Shown: positions 34,650-44,311 of the stretch, one piece after another
Numbering within the stretch: the first letter of the stretch is position 1
How the letters are laid out: each line of letters begins with the position of its first letter
DNA from: Akkermansia muciniphila
GTDB taxonomy: Bacteria; Bacillota; Clostridia; Oscillospirales; CAG-272
DNA: 64,000 nucleotides
Reading direction: 5' to 3'
Assembly (NCBI GenBank): GCA_963611795.1
Contig: CAVDSZ010000001.1
Span: 211,501-275,500, forward strand
The notes under the pieces: model-generated
Seen by the model: only the letters and a program-made list of their open reading frames with translations
What the model was told of the DNA's origin: nothing
Database searches by the model: none
Translations under genes and position numbers: made by a program

Positions 34650-35378
34650 ATGGCACAGGCTAAAAATTCGCAGATACAACTGCGTCGTATGCTGATTGCG
34701 GCATTGTTTGTCGCGCTCGCGTATGTTTCAAGATTCGTTTTTCATTTTAATGTCGCGTTTCTCACATTTGAGTGCAAGGACGCCTTTCTCGCTGTCGGCG
34801 GAATGTTTTTGGGGCCGCTTTGGGCGCTCGGGATGTCTGCCGCCACCGCGCTCCTCGAATTTATCACGATTAGCGATACCGGCTGGTACGGTCTTTTGAT
34901 GAATTTTACCGCTGCGGTCGCGTTCTCCTGCGTGGCATCGCTCGTCTATCGGTTCCGCCGCACACTCGGCGGGGCGATTGGGGGGCTTGCCGCCGGGGTC
35001 GTCGCGCTCGTTGGCGTCATGCTGCCGCTGAACCTGCTGGTGACACCCGCCTATATGGGGGTCGCCGTCTCGGAGGTGGTTGCACTCCTGCCGAGGCTGC
35101 TCCTGCCGTTCAATCTCCTGAAAGGAATCCTGAACATGGCGGTCGTCCTGCTCCTCTATAAGCCGCTGACACGGGCGCTCCGCGCCGCGCATCTGGCGGA
35201 CGGTATTGTGGAGATGCCCACGGTACCCGCGAGGGAACCGGATTGTGCGGAAAAGCCGCAGGAACATAAACGCTGGCGTTATCGCTTCCTGACGCCGCTC
35301 CTCGGGGCGGTACTGCTGGTAGCGACGCTCCTCGTGTTCTTCCTTGTCCTGCATGGGAAAGTGACCGTCGGCAAATAA
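34650..35378 (+). CDS. ribU: ECF transporter S component, riboflavin-type (RibU-like)
   Basis: Six-TM small membrane protein (MAQAKNSQIQLRRMLIAALFVALAYVSRFV...) directly behind the FMN riboswitch. The track's start at 34500 lies inside the riboswitch and was rejected. Confidence 0.7.
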   Translation: MAQAKNSQIQLRRMLIAALFVALAYVSRFVFHFNVAFLTFECKDAFLAVGGMFLGPLWALGMSAATALLEFITISDTGWYGLLMNFTAAVAFSCVASLVYRFRRTLGGAIGGLAAGVVALVGVMLPLNLLVTPAYMGVAVSEVVALLPRLLLPFNLLKGILNMAVVLLLYKPLTRALRAAHLADGIVEMPTVPAREPDCAEKPQEHKRWRYRFLTPLLGAVLLVATLLVFFLVLHGKVTVGK

Positions 35379-35384
35379 ACCGAA

Positions 35385-35428
35385 AATCCGTGCGGAGCCG
35401 TTACCACAGGCTCCGCACGGTGTTTTTT
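35385..35428 (+). terminator. ribU terminator
   Basis: CCGTGCGGAGCC-loop-GGCTCCGCACGG followed by TGTTTTTT. Confidence 0.75.
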
Positions 35429-35489
35429 CGACGGCGGACATCACGCAAACAGATACACAAATACGCAAGGTAGTGCTCTCCCGGGCGGC

Positions 35490-35518
35490 TTGACACAGCG
35501 GGGTGGAGAGGCTATAAT
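35490..35518 (+). promoter_or_regulatory. promoter candidate for CinA-like gene
   Basis: TTGACA, 17-nt spacer, TATAAT (both hexamers consensus). Confidence 0.55.
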
Positions 35519-35549
35519 GTAAACAAAGAACAGTGGGGGTATAAGGATT

Positions 35550-36038
35550 GTGACGCATACGGATTATGCACAACAGGTGGTGCGGGTGCTCATAGAGCGG
35601 GGGTGGCATATTGCCTTTGCGGAGTCCTGCACGGCAGGACTGTGCGCCGCGCGGTTGGTCGACGTGCCGGACGCGTCGCGCGTTCTGGACGTCAGTTTTG
35701 TGACCTATGCGGAGAGCGCCAAGACCGAGTACCTTGCCGTTTCGCCCGAGACGATTGAGCGGTACGGGGTCGTGAGCGAGGATGTCGCCGCCGCCATGGC
35801 GAGCGGCTGCGCCGCAAGGGTCGGGTGCGAGGTCGCTGTCGGTGTGACGGGTTTTGCCGGACCCTCCGGGGGGACGGACAAGGCGCCGGTCGGCACGGTC
35901 TGCTTCGGCTTCTTCGTCGGGGGAGCGGTCACGACCGCGACCCGTCATTTCGGCGCTGTCGGCCGCGCCGAGGTGCGCGCCGCCGCAACCGATTTTGTGT
36001 TTGCGCGGCTCTGTCAGATGCTGGTGCAATCCGTCTAA
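35550..36038 (+). CDS. CinA C-terminal domain protein (nicotinamide-nucleotide amidohydrolase PncC-like)
   Basis: AFAESCTAGLCAARL...SFVTYAESAKTEYLAV...GVVSEDVAAAMA...VGVTGFAGP is the CinA/PncC signature. GTG start. Confidence 0.8.
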   Translation: MTHTDYAQQVVRVLIERGWHIAFAESCTAGLCAARLVDVPDASRVLDVSFVTYAESAKTEYLAVSPETIERYGVVSEDVAAAMASGCAARVGCEVAVGVTGFAGPSGGTDKAPVGTVCFGFFVGGAVTTATRHFGAVGRAEVRAAATDFVFARLCQMLVQSV

Positions 36039-36070
36039 AACTATGTATATTCGTTCTTATAGGTGAACGC

Positions 36071-36102
36071 AAAAGGAGACTGCCGCAAGGCAGTCTCCTT
36101 TT
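36071..36102. terminator. bidirectional terminator
   Basis: AAAAGGAGACTGCC-GCAA-GGCAGTCTCCTTTT between convergent genes. Confidence 0.75.
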
Positions 36103-36139
36103 ATTTTAGGTATGCTTGCCACAGCAGACATAGCCCGTA

Positions 36140-36481
36140 TTACGGTTTCCACCGATATTCTCCGGCGGTGAGGGCGATGATGAGCGACATATCGTCCGGC
36201 TGGACTTTCGCGTCGACGGCGGCTTTGTTGCGTGTGAGGGCGCCGCATTTTTGGCAGCGATAGGCGAGGACGTAGCCGCGCTTCGGGTCGGGATCGGCAC
36301 GGTAGGGGAGCATTAGCCCGCCGCAGGGGTTGGCCCTGTCGCCGGGGAGAATATCCACATGAATCGATGCGAGACAGCGCGGGCAGTGGTTACGGGAGGT
36401 GTAGCCGAGCGGCTGTACCTCAAGACCGCATTGTTGGCAGACAAAGCCGTTATCGTTTTTGGTAAAGCGTTTGTGTTCCAT
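36140..36481 (-). CDS. RNHCP domain-containing zinc-ribbon protein
   Basis: The literal RNHCP motif (YTSRNHCPRCLASIHVD) plus CQQCG and CQKCG cysteine pairs. Starts 9 nt after the mnmE stop. Confidence 0.75.
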   Translation of the reverse strand: MEHKRFTKNDNGFVCQQCGLEVQPLGYTSRNHCPRCLASIHVDILPGDRANPCGGLMLPYRADPDPKRGYVLAYRCQKCGALTRNKAAVDAKVQPDDMSLIIALTAGEYRWKP

Positions 36482-36490
36482 TCCGTCTCC

Positions 36491-37870
36491 TCACTTACCG
36501 ATGCAGAAGTGCGAGAAAATGCTGTCGATGATCTCCTCGGAGACGGCTCTGCCGTCTGCCTCGGAAAGACACCCGAGCGCTCGCTCCGCTTCCGAGCAGG
36601 CGACCTCGGCAGGAATCCCGGCGGCGACGGCGTCCGCCGCACCGGCGAGCAGTTCCCGCGCGCGGGAGAGCGCGCCGAACTGGCGTGCGTCCGAGAGGAT
36701 TGCCTCCTCGCCGACACGCGGCGCTCCCTCGGCGAAGAGAGCGAGAATACAGTCGGTCAGCGGCTTCGCGTCACCGTTTTGCGCCGAGAGACGGACGACG
36801 TTACGGAATCCGTTCGGGGTCGGAAAGGCGTTTGCCCCCGCTTTGTCGCATTTGTTCAGGCACAAAATGACCGTGCCGGGATGGACGCGTAAGGTGTCGA
36901 GTAGTTCTTCGTCCTCGGTCGTCAGCGGCTCCGACGCGTCCAAGACCGCCAGCACGAGCTCGGCGCGGCTGAGTGCGTCGCGCGTGCGTGCGACGCCGAT
37001 TTTTTCGACGGTGTCGTCGGTCTCGCGGAGCCCTGCGGTGTCCGTCAGACGGAGCGTGAGGTCACCGAGCGAGACGGTGCGCTCGATTAGGTCGCGGGTC
37101 GTGCCGGGGACGTCGGTGACAATGGCGGCGTCCTCGCGGCAGAGCAGATTATAAAGAGAGGATTTCCCGACGTTCGGGCGGCCGCATAGTACGGTCGGAA
37201 TCCCGACACGAATGCTGTGCCCGGTTTTGTAGGTCGCGAGCAGGGTGGAGAGGTCTGCGTCGAGCAGCCGGAACCCTGCCAGCAGTTCTTCGTCCGTCAT
37301 CGGGGCGAGATCCTCCTCGGGGTAGTCAATCGTCGCGTAGAGGGAGGCAATCAGGGTCACAAGCCGTTCGTGCAGTCCGTCGAGTGCTGCCGCGAGACGT
37401 GTGCGGCTCTCGCGCGCGGCGAGGCGCATCTGCCCCTGCGAGGTGGCTTCGAGCAGCTGCCCGACGGCGTCCGCCTCGGTCAGCGTGAGCGTACCGTTCA
37501 GATAGGCGCGGCGGGTAAATTCCCCGGCGGTCGCGGGAACCGCTCCCGCGGCATACAGCCCCTCCAGTACCGCGTGAGAGACCAATACACCGCCGTGACA
37601 GGTGAACTCGACGGTATCTTCACCCGTATAGGAGTGCGGGGCAGGGAAACGGAACGCCAGTCCGTCGTCCACGCTCTCGCCCTCCGAGAGGAAATCGCCG
37701 CATACGGCAGTGCGCGGGGCGCGGGCAGAAAGCGGAGCGCTCCCCGTCGCCGGGCGGAAACAGCGGTCGGCAATCGCGAACGCGTCGGCGCCCGATACCC
37801 GGATAAGGGCAACCCCACCCTTGCCGGGTGGGGTCGATATGGCGGCGATGGTGGCGGTCAGGTCACGCAT
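36491..37870 (-). CDS. mnmE: tRNA modification GTPase MnmE
   Basis: N-terminal TIAAISTPPGKGGVALIRVSG, G-domain GRPNVGKSSLYN...DTAG...NKCD, and the diagnostic C-terminal CIGK. Confidence 0.93.
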   Translation of the reverse strand: MRDLTATIAAISTPPGKGGVALIRVSGADAFAIADRCFRPATGSAPLSARAPRTAVCGDFLSEGESVDDGLAFRFPAPHSYTGEDTVEFTCHGGVLVSHAVLEGLYAAGAVPATAGEFTRRAYLNGTLTLTEADAVGQLLEATSQGQMRLAARESRTRLAAALDGLHERLVTLIASLYATIDYPEEDLAPMTDEELLAGFRLLDADLSTLLATYKTGHSIRVGIPTVLCGRPNVGKSSLYNLLCREDAAIVTDVPGTTRDLIERTVSLGDLTLRLTDTAGLRETDDTVEKIGVARTRDALSRAELVLAVLDASEPLTTEDEELLDTLRVHPGTVILCLNKCDKAGANAFPTPNGFRNVVRLSAQNGDAKPLTDCILALFAEGAPRVGEEAILSDARQFGALSRARELLAGAADAVAAGIPAEVACSEAERALGCLSEADGRAVSEEIIDSIFSHFCIGK

Positions 37871-38906
37871 CGTCGGTTTCGTCTGCGGGAGCGGTTTCGA
37901 CGACCGTTTCCGTCTCCTCGACGGTCACGATCGGCGCGTCTGCCGCTTCATCGACGGCAACCGTCTCGACAGTGGTCTCTTCGACGGTCACGCCGGTTTC
38001 TTCGGTCGGCGCAGTCTCTCTCGGAGCGTCAGTCTTGGGCTTCGGCTCGCTCTTGCGCTTGCCGCTCTTCAGTGCCCCCTCGGGGTAGATGACGATACGG
38101 CGGTTGGAGTCGGAACCGATCGACTGGGTGGTGACACCCTCGATAGACTGCACTTCGGAGTGAATGATTCGCCTTTCGTAGGGGGTCATGGGCTCGAGCG
38201 TCACTTTCGTGCCGCGGGCAAGCACCTTGTTCGCCATGCGGCGCGCGAGACGGCGGAGTGTCTGTTCGCGCTTGGCACGGTAGCCCTCGACGTCGATTGT
38301 CACACGGCTGCGGTCGCGCTCCCCGTTCGCGCCCTTCTGCGAGGCGGCGAGGTTGGTGAGGTACTGCAGGGCGTCGAGTGTATCGCCGTGATGCCCGATG
38401 AGCAGGGAGGCGTTCTCGCCCTTGATGCTGACGCGGCGGGTGCCGTCGTCACAGCGGAGCAGTTCGGTCTCGACGTCGGTGAGCCCGAGGTCGGACACCA
38501 GCGTGTTCACGAAGTCGAAAGCGCGGTCGTCGCCCGGCTTTGCGTCAATGTGTTCAAAATGCAGATCTTCTTCCGGCACGGCGGCGGGTTTCTCCGGCGC
38601 CGGTTTCGGGGCTTTGGGGGCTTTCGGCGCGCGTGTTTCTTCACGGCGAGCCGGTTTCTCGCGCTTCGGCGCGGCAGGTCTTTCCTCGCGCGGGCGGCGC
38701 ACTTCGCGGCGCGGCTCCGCGTCTGCAATCTCCATGCTGGCTTTCACCTTGGCGGGACGGACACCGATGATCCCGAAAATACCGCGGGAGCCGAGGTCTA
38801 TCGTCTCAAAGGTGACGTCATCCAGTTCTCCGGCACCGAGCGCGAGGCGGGCATTCTGCTGTGCCTCGGCGAGGTCTTTACCGGAAGCAATTACTTCTTT
38901 TTTCAA
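37863..38906 (-). CDS. khpB: RNA-binding protein Jag/KhpB (Jag_N-KH-R3H) with expanded low-complexity regions
   Basis: The Jag N-domain (VIASGKDLAEAQQNARLALG), KH and R3H (YERRIIHSEV) domains are recognisable. It also has a Lys/Pro/Glu/Ala-rich linker and a Thr/Val/Glu-rich tail. Overlaps the mnmE start by 8 nt. Confidence 0.8.
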   Translation of the reverse strand: MKKEVIASGKDLAEAQQNARLALGAGELDDVTFETIDLGSRGIFGIIGVRPAKVKASMEIADAEPRREVRRPREERPAAPKREKPARREETRAPKAPKAPKPAPEKPAAVPEEDLHFEHIDAKPGDDRAFDFVNTLVSDLGLTDVETELLRCDDGTRRVSIKGENASLLIGHHGDTLDALQYLTNLAASQKGANGERDRSRVTIDVEGYRAKREQTLRRLARRMANKVLARGTKVTLEPMTPYERRIIHSEVQSIEGVTTQSIGSDSNRRIVIYPEGALKSGKRKSEPKPKTDAPRETAPTEETGVTVEETTVETVAVDEAADAPIVTVEETETVVETAPADETDDA

Positions 38907-38928
38907 AATCGTAATCCTCTTTTACTGA

Positions 38929-39999
38929 TTAATATTCATCGTCGTCATCCACATAGTGGAGCGATTTGGGCTTTCCGTTTTCGTCGACGCTGGTCCCCGT
39001 AATGGTCCGTTGACCGGGGCCACCGTTCTTTTTCATTTCGCGTTGCATCATGCGAATCTCTTCATCCGTGTATTTCGGGAGCGGCATGACCTTCGCCAGG
39101 ACGAGAATCTGGATAATGCCGAGAATCGAGGTATACACCCAGTACACGCCGACAGCGCCCGAAACGCCGAACGCAATCCAGAGTTGGAGCAGGGGCATCG
39201 TGATGTTCATGAGGAACATCGATGTCTTCTGCTGCTGCGCCATTTGCTGGTTCAGCCCGTTGTCGTTGAGTTTACGGCTGAGCCACGTGGTCAAAAGGGC
39301 AAGTCCGCCGCACAGGAACGGAATGATGAGCAGGAACAGGTTCCACTTATTCCCGTCCAGTTTTTCCGCGACATTGAAGGCGGGGCGGAGCCCGAGGTTA
39401 ATCTTACCGAAGATATTGTAGTTCGGGAGCTTTTCGATACCAATCCCCGCGATCTCCTCGAGGACATCCGGTTGCTCCTTAAGTTGCCCAATCATCTCGA
39501 TATGGGCGGTATCCGGAATCTTCTTGAACGCTTCTGCCACATTTTCGGGGTACAGGGCGTTATAGAGCTTCAGCACGACCTCGTCCGCAAGTCCGACGCA
39601 GTATTTCAGCGGCATACGAATGATGCGGTAAAGGGCAATCAGAATCGGGAACTGGATGAGGAGCGGCAGGCACCCGGACAGCGGGGAGTAGCCCTCTTTC
39701 TGTTGGAGCTCCATCATCTCCTGCTGCTTTTTCTGTTGGGTGACGCGGTCATTACGCCCGGCGTACTTCTTCTCGATCATCATCATCTTCGGGCGGAGCA
39801 TGGCACCCTTGATTTGGGTCTTCTGCTGCTTGATACCGAAGGGGAGCGTGACGAGCTTGATTGCCAGAGCGAACAGGAACAGGGAGATCAGGTAGTGACC
39901 GCCGCTGATCTTGTTGAAAAATTGCATGACATAGCCGAAGGGAATCGCGAAGATATCCCAAAAGCTACTGAAATTCATACTTAACATACTGTTTTCCAT
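38929..39999 (-). CDS. yidC: membrane protein insertase YidC/Oxa1 family
   Basis: Motifs [11 protein letters not shown]..., [30 protein letters not shown]. Start uncertain (39999, 39987 or 39978). Confidence 0.88.
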   Translation of the reverse strand: MENSMLSMNFSSFWDIFAIPFGYVMQFFNKISGGHYLISLFLFALAIKLVTLPFGIKQQKTQIKGAMLRPKMMMIEKKYAGRNDRVTQQKKQQEMMELQQKEGYSPLSGCLPLLIQFPILIALYRIIRMPLKYCVGLADEVVLKLYNALYPENVAEAFKKIPDTAHIEMIGQLKEQPDVLEEIAGIGIEKLPNYNIFGKINLGLRPAFNVAEKLDGNKWNLFLLIIPFLCGGLALLTTWLSRKLNDNGLNQQMAQQQKTSMFLMNITMPLLQLWIAFGVSGAVGVYWVYTSILGIIQILVLAKVMPLPKYTDEEIRMMQREMKKNGGPGQRTITGTSVDENGKPKSLHYVDDDDEY

Positions 40000-40289
40000 T
40001 TCTCACGGTCGTTGGCATTCGCGCGCATAATCTTGCATTGGATTACACTTCTCGGCGACTTCCTGCGTCGGAGCCCGCTCCGGGGGACGGGATCATACCC
40101 GCCGCGGGAGAAGGGATTGCATCGAAAGACGCGTCCGATAGAGAGGAGCAGAGCCGGGAAGAAACCTCGTGTTTTGAAAGCCTCGATGGCATAGGATGAA
40201 CAGGTCGGACGGAACCTGCAGCAAGGCGGTTTGAGCGGCGAGATGCATTTTTGATAGAGCCGGATAAGTCCGATGGCGAGCCACTTCAT
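39981..40289 (-). CDS. yidD: membrane protein insertion efficiency factor YidD
   Basis: [30 protein letters not shown]...[14 protein letters not shown]. Confidence 0.9.
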   Translation of the reverse strand: MKWLAIGLIRLYQKCISPLKPPCCRFRPTCSSYAIEAFKTRGFFPALLLSIGRVFRCNPFSRGGYDPVPRSGLRRRKSPRSVIQCKIMRANANDREKWKTVC

Positions 40290-40663
40290 CTGACAAACAG
40301 TCCGAGTTTCTGGAAGGCACGGGAAAGATCCCGCGCGACCTCGGTCGATTTCATTTTAGTGGCGGGTTCACGGGCGGCGATGATGATGAGATGCCCGGGG
40401 CGAACCCCGCGGGACTTATCGAGCTGACGGTAGGCTTCACGCAGAATCCTGCGGCATCGCGAGCGCACGACGGCACCCCCGAGCTTTTTGGAGACGGTGA
40501 GCCCGATTCTGTTTACCATCATCTTTTGCGGATGGGCGCGTTTCAGTTTTTCCCGCAGATAGTCGGGCAGGACATACACCGCGAGCGACGGTGTGACGAA
40601 ACGCTGTCCTTTGGAATACGCTTTCTGATACAAATGGTTCTCACATACGGCGGTAAACTTCAC
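40286..40663 (-). CDS. rnpA: ribonuclease P protein component
   Basis: 125 aa, basic, with [28 protein letters not shown]. Positioned between rpmH and yidD. Confidence 0.88.
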   Translation of the reverse strand: MKFTAVCENHLYQKAYSKGQRFVTPSLAVYVLPDYLREKLKRAHPQKMMVNRIGLTVSKKLGGAVVRSRCRRILREAYRQLDKSRGVRPGHLIIIAAREPATKMKSTEVARDLSRAFQKLGLFVR

Positions 40664-40749
40664 TTTTGTGATCCCCTTTATCCGACGGTGTTTAAGAAAA
40701 AACCCCGATAAAGCACCGTTGGGCTTATCGGGATGTCTTGCGAGCTGAT

Positions 40750-40884
40750 ATTAGTAGGTGAGTCTCGCTCTACCCTTGGCGCGTCTTCTTTTCAGTACCT
40801 TTCTGCCGTTGGCAGTCGCCATTCTCTTACGGAAGCCGTGCTCTTTGCTTCTCTGTCTTTTCTTAGGCTGATAGGTTCTTTTCA
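40750..40884 (-). CDS. rpmH: 50S ribosomal protein L34
   Basis: Missing from the ORF track (44 aa). The reverse strand reads [44 protein letters not shown]-stop, with AGGAGGTG 7 nt upstream. Confidence 0.93.
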
Positions 40885-41037
40885 TTTTAGCACCTCCTCT
40901 TTCGATAGTCGGTAACCGACAGGTACCGCGTAGGTTCGCGTATTCACAACATAATTATTATAAAGGAACGAGTCTCTGTTGTCAATACTTTTTTCTAAAT
41001 ATTCGTGCGTGCGCGCAGAGAAACTCGCCGCCGGTAC

Positions 41038-41066
41038 TTTACAAAGCGGGTGGAGTATGCTACAAT
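41038..41066 (+). promoter_or_regulatory. mtaB-glyQS promoter candidate
   Basis: TTTACA, 17-nt spacer, TACAAT with an extended TGC. Confidence 0.45.
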
Positions 41067-41097
41067 ATTCGGGTAAGAGACAGGGGGAGGGGATCGC

Positions 41098-42426
41098 GTG
41101 GAGCAGTATACCGTCGGGCTGTGTACGCTCGGGTGCAAGGTTTCGCAATATGAGACCGAGGCGATCGCCGAGGACTTTGAGCGTCGGGGCTTTGTCCGCC
41201 GACCGTTTGATGAAGTCTGTGACGTGTATGTCATCAATACCTGTACCGTGACGGGGGAGGCTGACCGCAAGTCGCGGCAGTGCATCCGCCGCGCCCGCCG
41301 CCTGAATCCGGCGGCGCTCATCTATGTGACCGGCTGTTACGCGCAGACCTCGCCCGGCGATGTCGCCGCAATCGAGGGGGTCACGGGCGTGACCGGCTCG
41401 TATGGAAAGATGGAGATTGCCGCCCGCGCGGTGGCGCAACTCTCGGCTCCTCCTTGTGCCGGGGGCGTGGCGACCGTCGACGTTTCCGACCTGGAATCGG
41501 CGCCGTTTGAACCGATGTGCGTCGAGGCGTCACCGCGCACGCGCGCTTATGTGAAGATTGAGGACGGGTGCGAGTGCCGATGCACCTATTGCGCCATTCC
41601 CGGTGCCCGCGGCCGTGTGCGGTCGAAGCGGCCGGAGGACGTCTTTGCCGAGGTGGAGACGCTTGCCCGCGGCGGCACGCGCGAGGTGGTTCTGACCGGG
41701 ATTGAGACGGCTTCCTACGGCGCCGACCTCGGCGATTACCGCCTAATCGACCTGCTCGAGGAATTGGAATTACGACACCTCGTTGACCGTATCCGGCTGG
41801 GTTCTCTCTCGCCGGAGCTGATGTCGGAGCGCTTCTGTGAGCGCCTCGGCGCGCTCTGTACCGTGACGCCGCATTTTCATCTCAGTATGCAGAGCGGCTC
41901 GGACGCCGTGCTCCGCGCGATGAAACGCCGCTACAACGCAGGACAGGCTCTCGCGGCGCTCGCGCGGGTGCGTGCCGTGATGCCCGATGTGCAGTTCACG
42001 ACCGATATGATGGTCGGTTTCCCGGGGGAGGACGAGCGCGAATTCGGCGAGACCATGGCGTTTGTCCGTGAGGCGCGTTTCCTTACGATGCACGTGTTTG
42101 CCTATTCGAGACGGAAGAACACGCCGGCGGCAGACTTCCCGGACCAAGTGCCGGAGGAGGTCAAGGCGGAGCGCAGTCATCGGCTAATTACTCTCGGGCA
42201 TGAGATTTGTGACGAAATTCTTGACGAGATTGTCAAGGCGGCGCCGGAATTACGGCTCCTCCTTGAAACCCATGAGGGCGATGTATGGCGCGGGCACACC
42301 GACGCTTTTCTGGAGGCGGAAGTGGCGCTCGGGGGAGATCGGCACGGCGAGCTCGTGACGGTGCGCCCGACCGCCGCGCGGGACGGAATCTTACTTTGCG
42401 ATGGTATAAATTCAAATAGAGAATAA
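41098..42426 (+). CDS. mtaB: tRNA (t6A37) methylthiotransferase MtaB (radical SAM)
   Basis: N-terminal [14 protein letters not shown]...INTCTVT, radical-SAM [11 protein letters not shown] and a TRAM-like C-terminus. GTG start. Confidence 0.75.
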   Translation: MEQYTVGLCTLGCKVSQYETEAIAEDFERRGFVRRPFDEVCDVYVINTCTVTGEADRKSRQCIRRARRLNPAALIYVTGCYAQTSPGDVAAIEGVTGVTGSYGKMEIAARAVAQLSAPPCAGGVATVDVSDLESAPFEPMCVEASPRTRAYVKIEDGCECRCTYCAIPGARGRVRSKRPEDVFAEVETLARGGTREVVLTGIETASYGADLGDYRLIDLLEELELRHLVDRIRLGSLSPELMSERFCERLGALCTVTPHFHLSMQSGSDAVLRAMKRRYNAGQALAALARVRAVMPDVQFTTDMMVGFPGEDEREFGETMAFVREARFLTMHVFAYSRRKNTPAADFPDQVPEEVKAERSHRLITLGHEICDEILDEIVKAAPELRLLLETHEGDVWRGHTDAFLEAEVALGGDRHGELVTVRPTAARDGILLCDGINSNRE

Positions 42427-42440
42427 GACGGAGACACAAC

Positions 42441-43841
42441 ATGGAAAACACCAAAAAGACCATGGACAAAATCGTAGCCCTGTGCAAGGGGCGCGGCTTT
42501 ATTTTCGCGGGTTCCGAGATTTACGGGGGGCTTGCGAATACCTGGGACTACGGTCCTCTCGGGGTGGAATTCAAAAACAACGTCAAACGCGCGTGGTGGA
42601 AGAAGTTCGTGCAGGAGAACCCGTACAACGTCGGGCTCGACGCCGCGATTCTGATGAACCCGCAGACGTGGGTGGCGTCCGGGCACCTCGCGGGCTTTTC
42701 CGACCCGCTGATGGACTGCCGCGAATGCCATGAGCGTTTCCGCGCGGACAAACTGATTGAGGATTACTGCGCCGCCGAAGGCGTGACGCTGGAGAAGCCG
42801 ATTGACGCCATGAGCCAGGCGGAGATGAAGGCGTTCATCGACGAGCATAAAGTGCCTTGCCCGACCTGCGGCAAGCACAATTTCACGGATATCCGCCAGT
42901 TCAACCTCATGTTCAAGACGTTCCAGGGCGTGACCGAGGACGCGAAGAACACGGTGTACCTGCGCCCCGAGACGGCACAGGGCATTTTCACGAACTTCGT
43001 GAATGTGCAGCGCTCTTCCCGCAAGAAGATCCCGTTCGGTATCGGGCAGATCGGTAAGTCGTTCCGTAACGAGATTACGCCCGGTAACTTCATCTTCCGC
43101 GTACGTGAGTTTGAGCAAATGGAACTGGAATTCTTCTGCAAGCCGGGGACGGACCTTGAATGGTTTGCTTACTGGCGCAACTTCTGCCGCGAGTTCCTGC
43201 TCGGGCTTGGGCTGCGGGAGGAGAATCTGCGTCTGCGCGACCACTCGCCCGAGGAACTTTGCTTCTACTCCAAGGCGACGACCGACTTCGAGTTCCTGTT
43301 CCCGTTCGGGTGGGGCGAACTCTGGGGGGTCGCCGACCGTACCGATTATGACCTGACCCAGCACCAGACCGTCTCCGGGCAGTCGATGGAATATTTCGAC
43401 CAGGAGAGCGGGGAAAAGTATATCCCGTATGTTATCGAGCCGAGCCTCGGTGTCGAGCGCAGCGTGCTGGCGTTCCTCGTCGATGCCTATGACGAAGAGG
43501 AGATCGGTGAGGGAGATACGCGCGTGGTTCTGCACCTGCATCCGGCACTCGCGCCCGTAAAATGCGCGGTTCTGCCGCTCTCGAAGAAACTTGCTGAGGA
43601 CGCAATGCCGCTGTACACCGAACTCTCCAAAGTAATGAACTGCGACTTCGACGTTGCCGGTTCCATCGGTAAGCGCTACCGTCGCCAGGACGAGATTGGT
43701 ACGCCGTTCTGCATCACCTATGACTTCGATACCAAGGAAAACGACGGCTGTGTGACCGTGCGTGACCGCGATACCATGGAGCAGGTCCGTATGCCGATCG
43801 GCGAGGTCAAGGCGTATATCGAATCGAAGATTGCCTACTAA
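42441..43841 (+). CDS. glyQS: glycine--tRNA ligase (alpha2 type)
   Basis: [64 protein letters not shown]. It starts only 14 nt after mtaB, so there is no room for a T-box leader. Confidence 0.93.
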   Translation: MENTKKTMDKIVALCKGRGFIFAGSEIYGGLANTWDYGPLGVEFKNNVKRAWWKKFVQENPYNVGLDAAILMNPQTWVASGHLAGFSDPLMDCRECHERFRADKLIEDYCAAEGVTLEKPIDAMSQAEMKAFIDEHKVPCPTCGKHNFTDIRQFNLMFKTFQGVTEDAKNTVYLRPETAQGIFTNFVNVQRSSRKKIPFGIGQIGKSFRNEITPGNFIFRVREFEQMELEFFCKPGTDLEWFAYWRNFCREFLLGLGLREENLRLRDHSPEELCFYSKATTDFEFLFPFGWGELWGVADRTDYDLTQHQTVSGQSMEYFDQESGEKYIPYVIEPSLGVERSVLAFLVDAYDEEEIGEGDTRVVLHLHPALAPVKCAVLPLSKKLAEDAMPLYTELSKVMNCDFDVAGSIGKRYRRQDEIGTPFCITYDFDTKENDGCVTVRDRDTMEQVRMPIGEVKAYIESKIAY

Positions 43842-43938
43842 GCAAAAAAATGCTTTCGGTTTTGCCGACAAAGCCGCAGACAGAATTTCCGATAAAATCT
43901 CAAACGGGATTCCGACAGAAACCCAAACGAAACGTTTC

Positions 43939-43968
43939 GGCGCGCCCCACGGCGCGCCGTTTCTTTTT
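43939..43968 (+). terminator. glyQS terminator
   Basis: GGCGCGCC-CCAC-GGCGCGCC followed by GTTTCTTTTT. Confidence 0.7.
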
Positions 43969-43997
43969 GACAAATTGATAAAAATACGAAAAAAGGC

Positions 43998-44026
43998 TTG
44001 CCAAAGCGCAAAAAATATGCTACAAT
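43998..44026 (+). promoter_or_regulatory. tRNA-Trp promoter candidate
   Basis: TTGCCA, 17-nt spacer, TACAAT with an extended TGC, about 27 nt before the tRNA. Confidence 0.5.
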
Positions 44027-44052
44027 CATTCTCGCTTGAAAAAGCATCCGAT

Positions 44053-44128
44053 AGGGGTGTAGTTCAGTTGGTAGAATCGCGGTCTCCAAAACCGTTGGTC
44101 CTGGGTTCGAGTCCTAGCGCCCCTGCCA
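44053..44128 (+). tRNA. trnW: tRNA-Trp (anticodon CCA)
   Basis: A 76-nt cloverleaf folded by hand. Acceptor AGGGGTG/CGCCCCT, D-arm GTTC-AGTTGGTA-GAAT, anticodon arm GCGGT-CTCCAAA-ACCGT, T-arm CTGGG-TTCGAGT-CCTAG, and an encoded CCA. Confidence 0.9.
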
Positions 44129-44160
44129 AAGAATCCGAGAGCAATCGCTTTCGGATTTTT
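44117..44160 (+). repeat. direct repeat copy 1 (tRNA-Trp 3' end plus terminator hairpin)
   Basis: GCGCCCCTGCCAAAGAATCCGAGAGCAATCGCTTTCGGATTTTT, identical to 44337-44380. Contains an 11-bp-stem terminator (AATCCGAGAGC / GCTTTCGGATT) and a T-run. Confidence 0.9.
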
Positions 44161-44311
44161 TATTTTGACAGGGGCACGGACTCGAACTCCGTTTCCCGAT
44201 GGGAAACGGGTTCTCCGACGGCAAAAACGGAGCAAATCGCCTCGCCCTTGGCGTAAAGCCGCGGACGACGCTCAAAGCCGTTTTTGGGCGCGTCGCCCGA
44301 AACGCCCCACC

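Noticed and set aside
34728-36029. 433-aa minus-strand ORF. Similar shadows are 37710-39002 (+), 38956-39984 (+), 48124-49242 (-), 57763-59070 (-), 14774-16195 (-), 16192-17031 (-), 6429-7268 (+), 10327-11310 (+) and 45120-46184 (-).
   Set aside because: Each lies antisense to a gene with clear family motifs, spans intergenic terminators or promoters in several cases, and has Arg/Pro/Gly-rich composition.
40885-41097. Possible oriC in the rpmH upstream spacer.
   Set aside because: I found only one near-match to the DnaA box (GTATTCACA), no box cluster, no AT-rich unwinding element and no adjacent dnaA. The spacer is explained by two divergent promoters.
42177-43973. 598-aa minus-strand ORF.
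   Set aside because: Antisense to glyQS and the mtaB 3' end. It has shadow-ORF composition, and it runs through the glyQS terminator.
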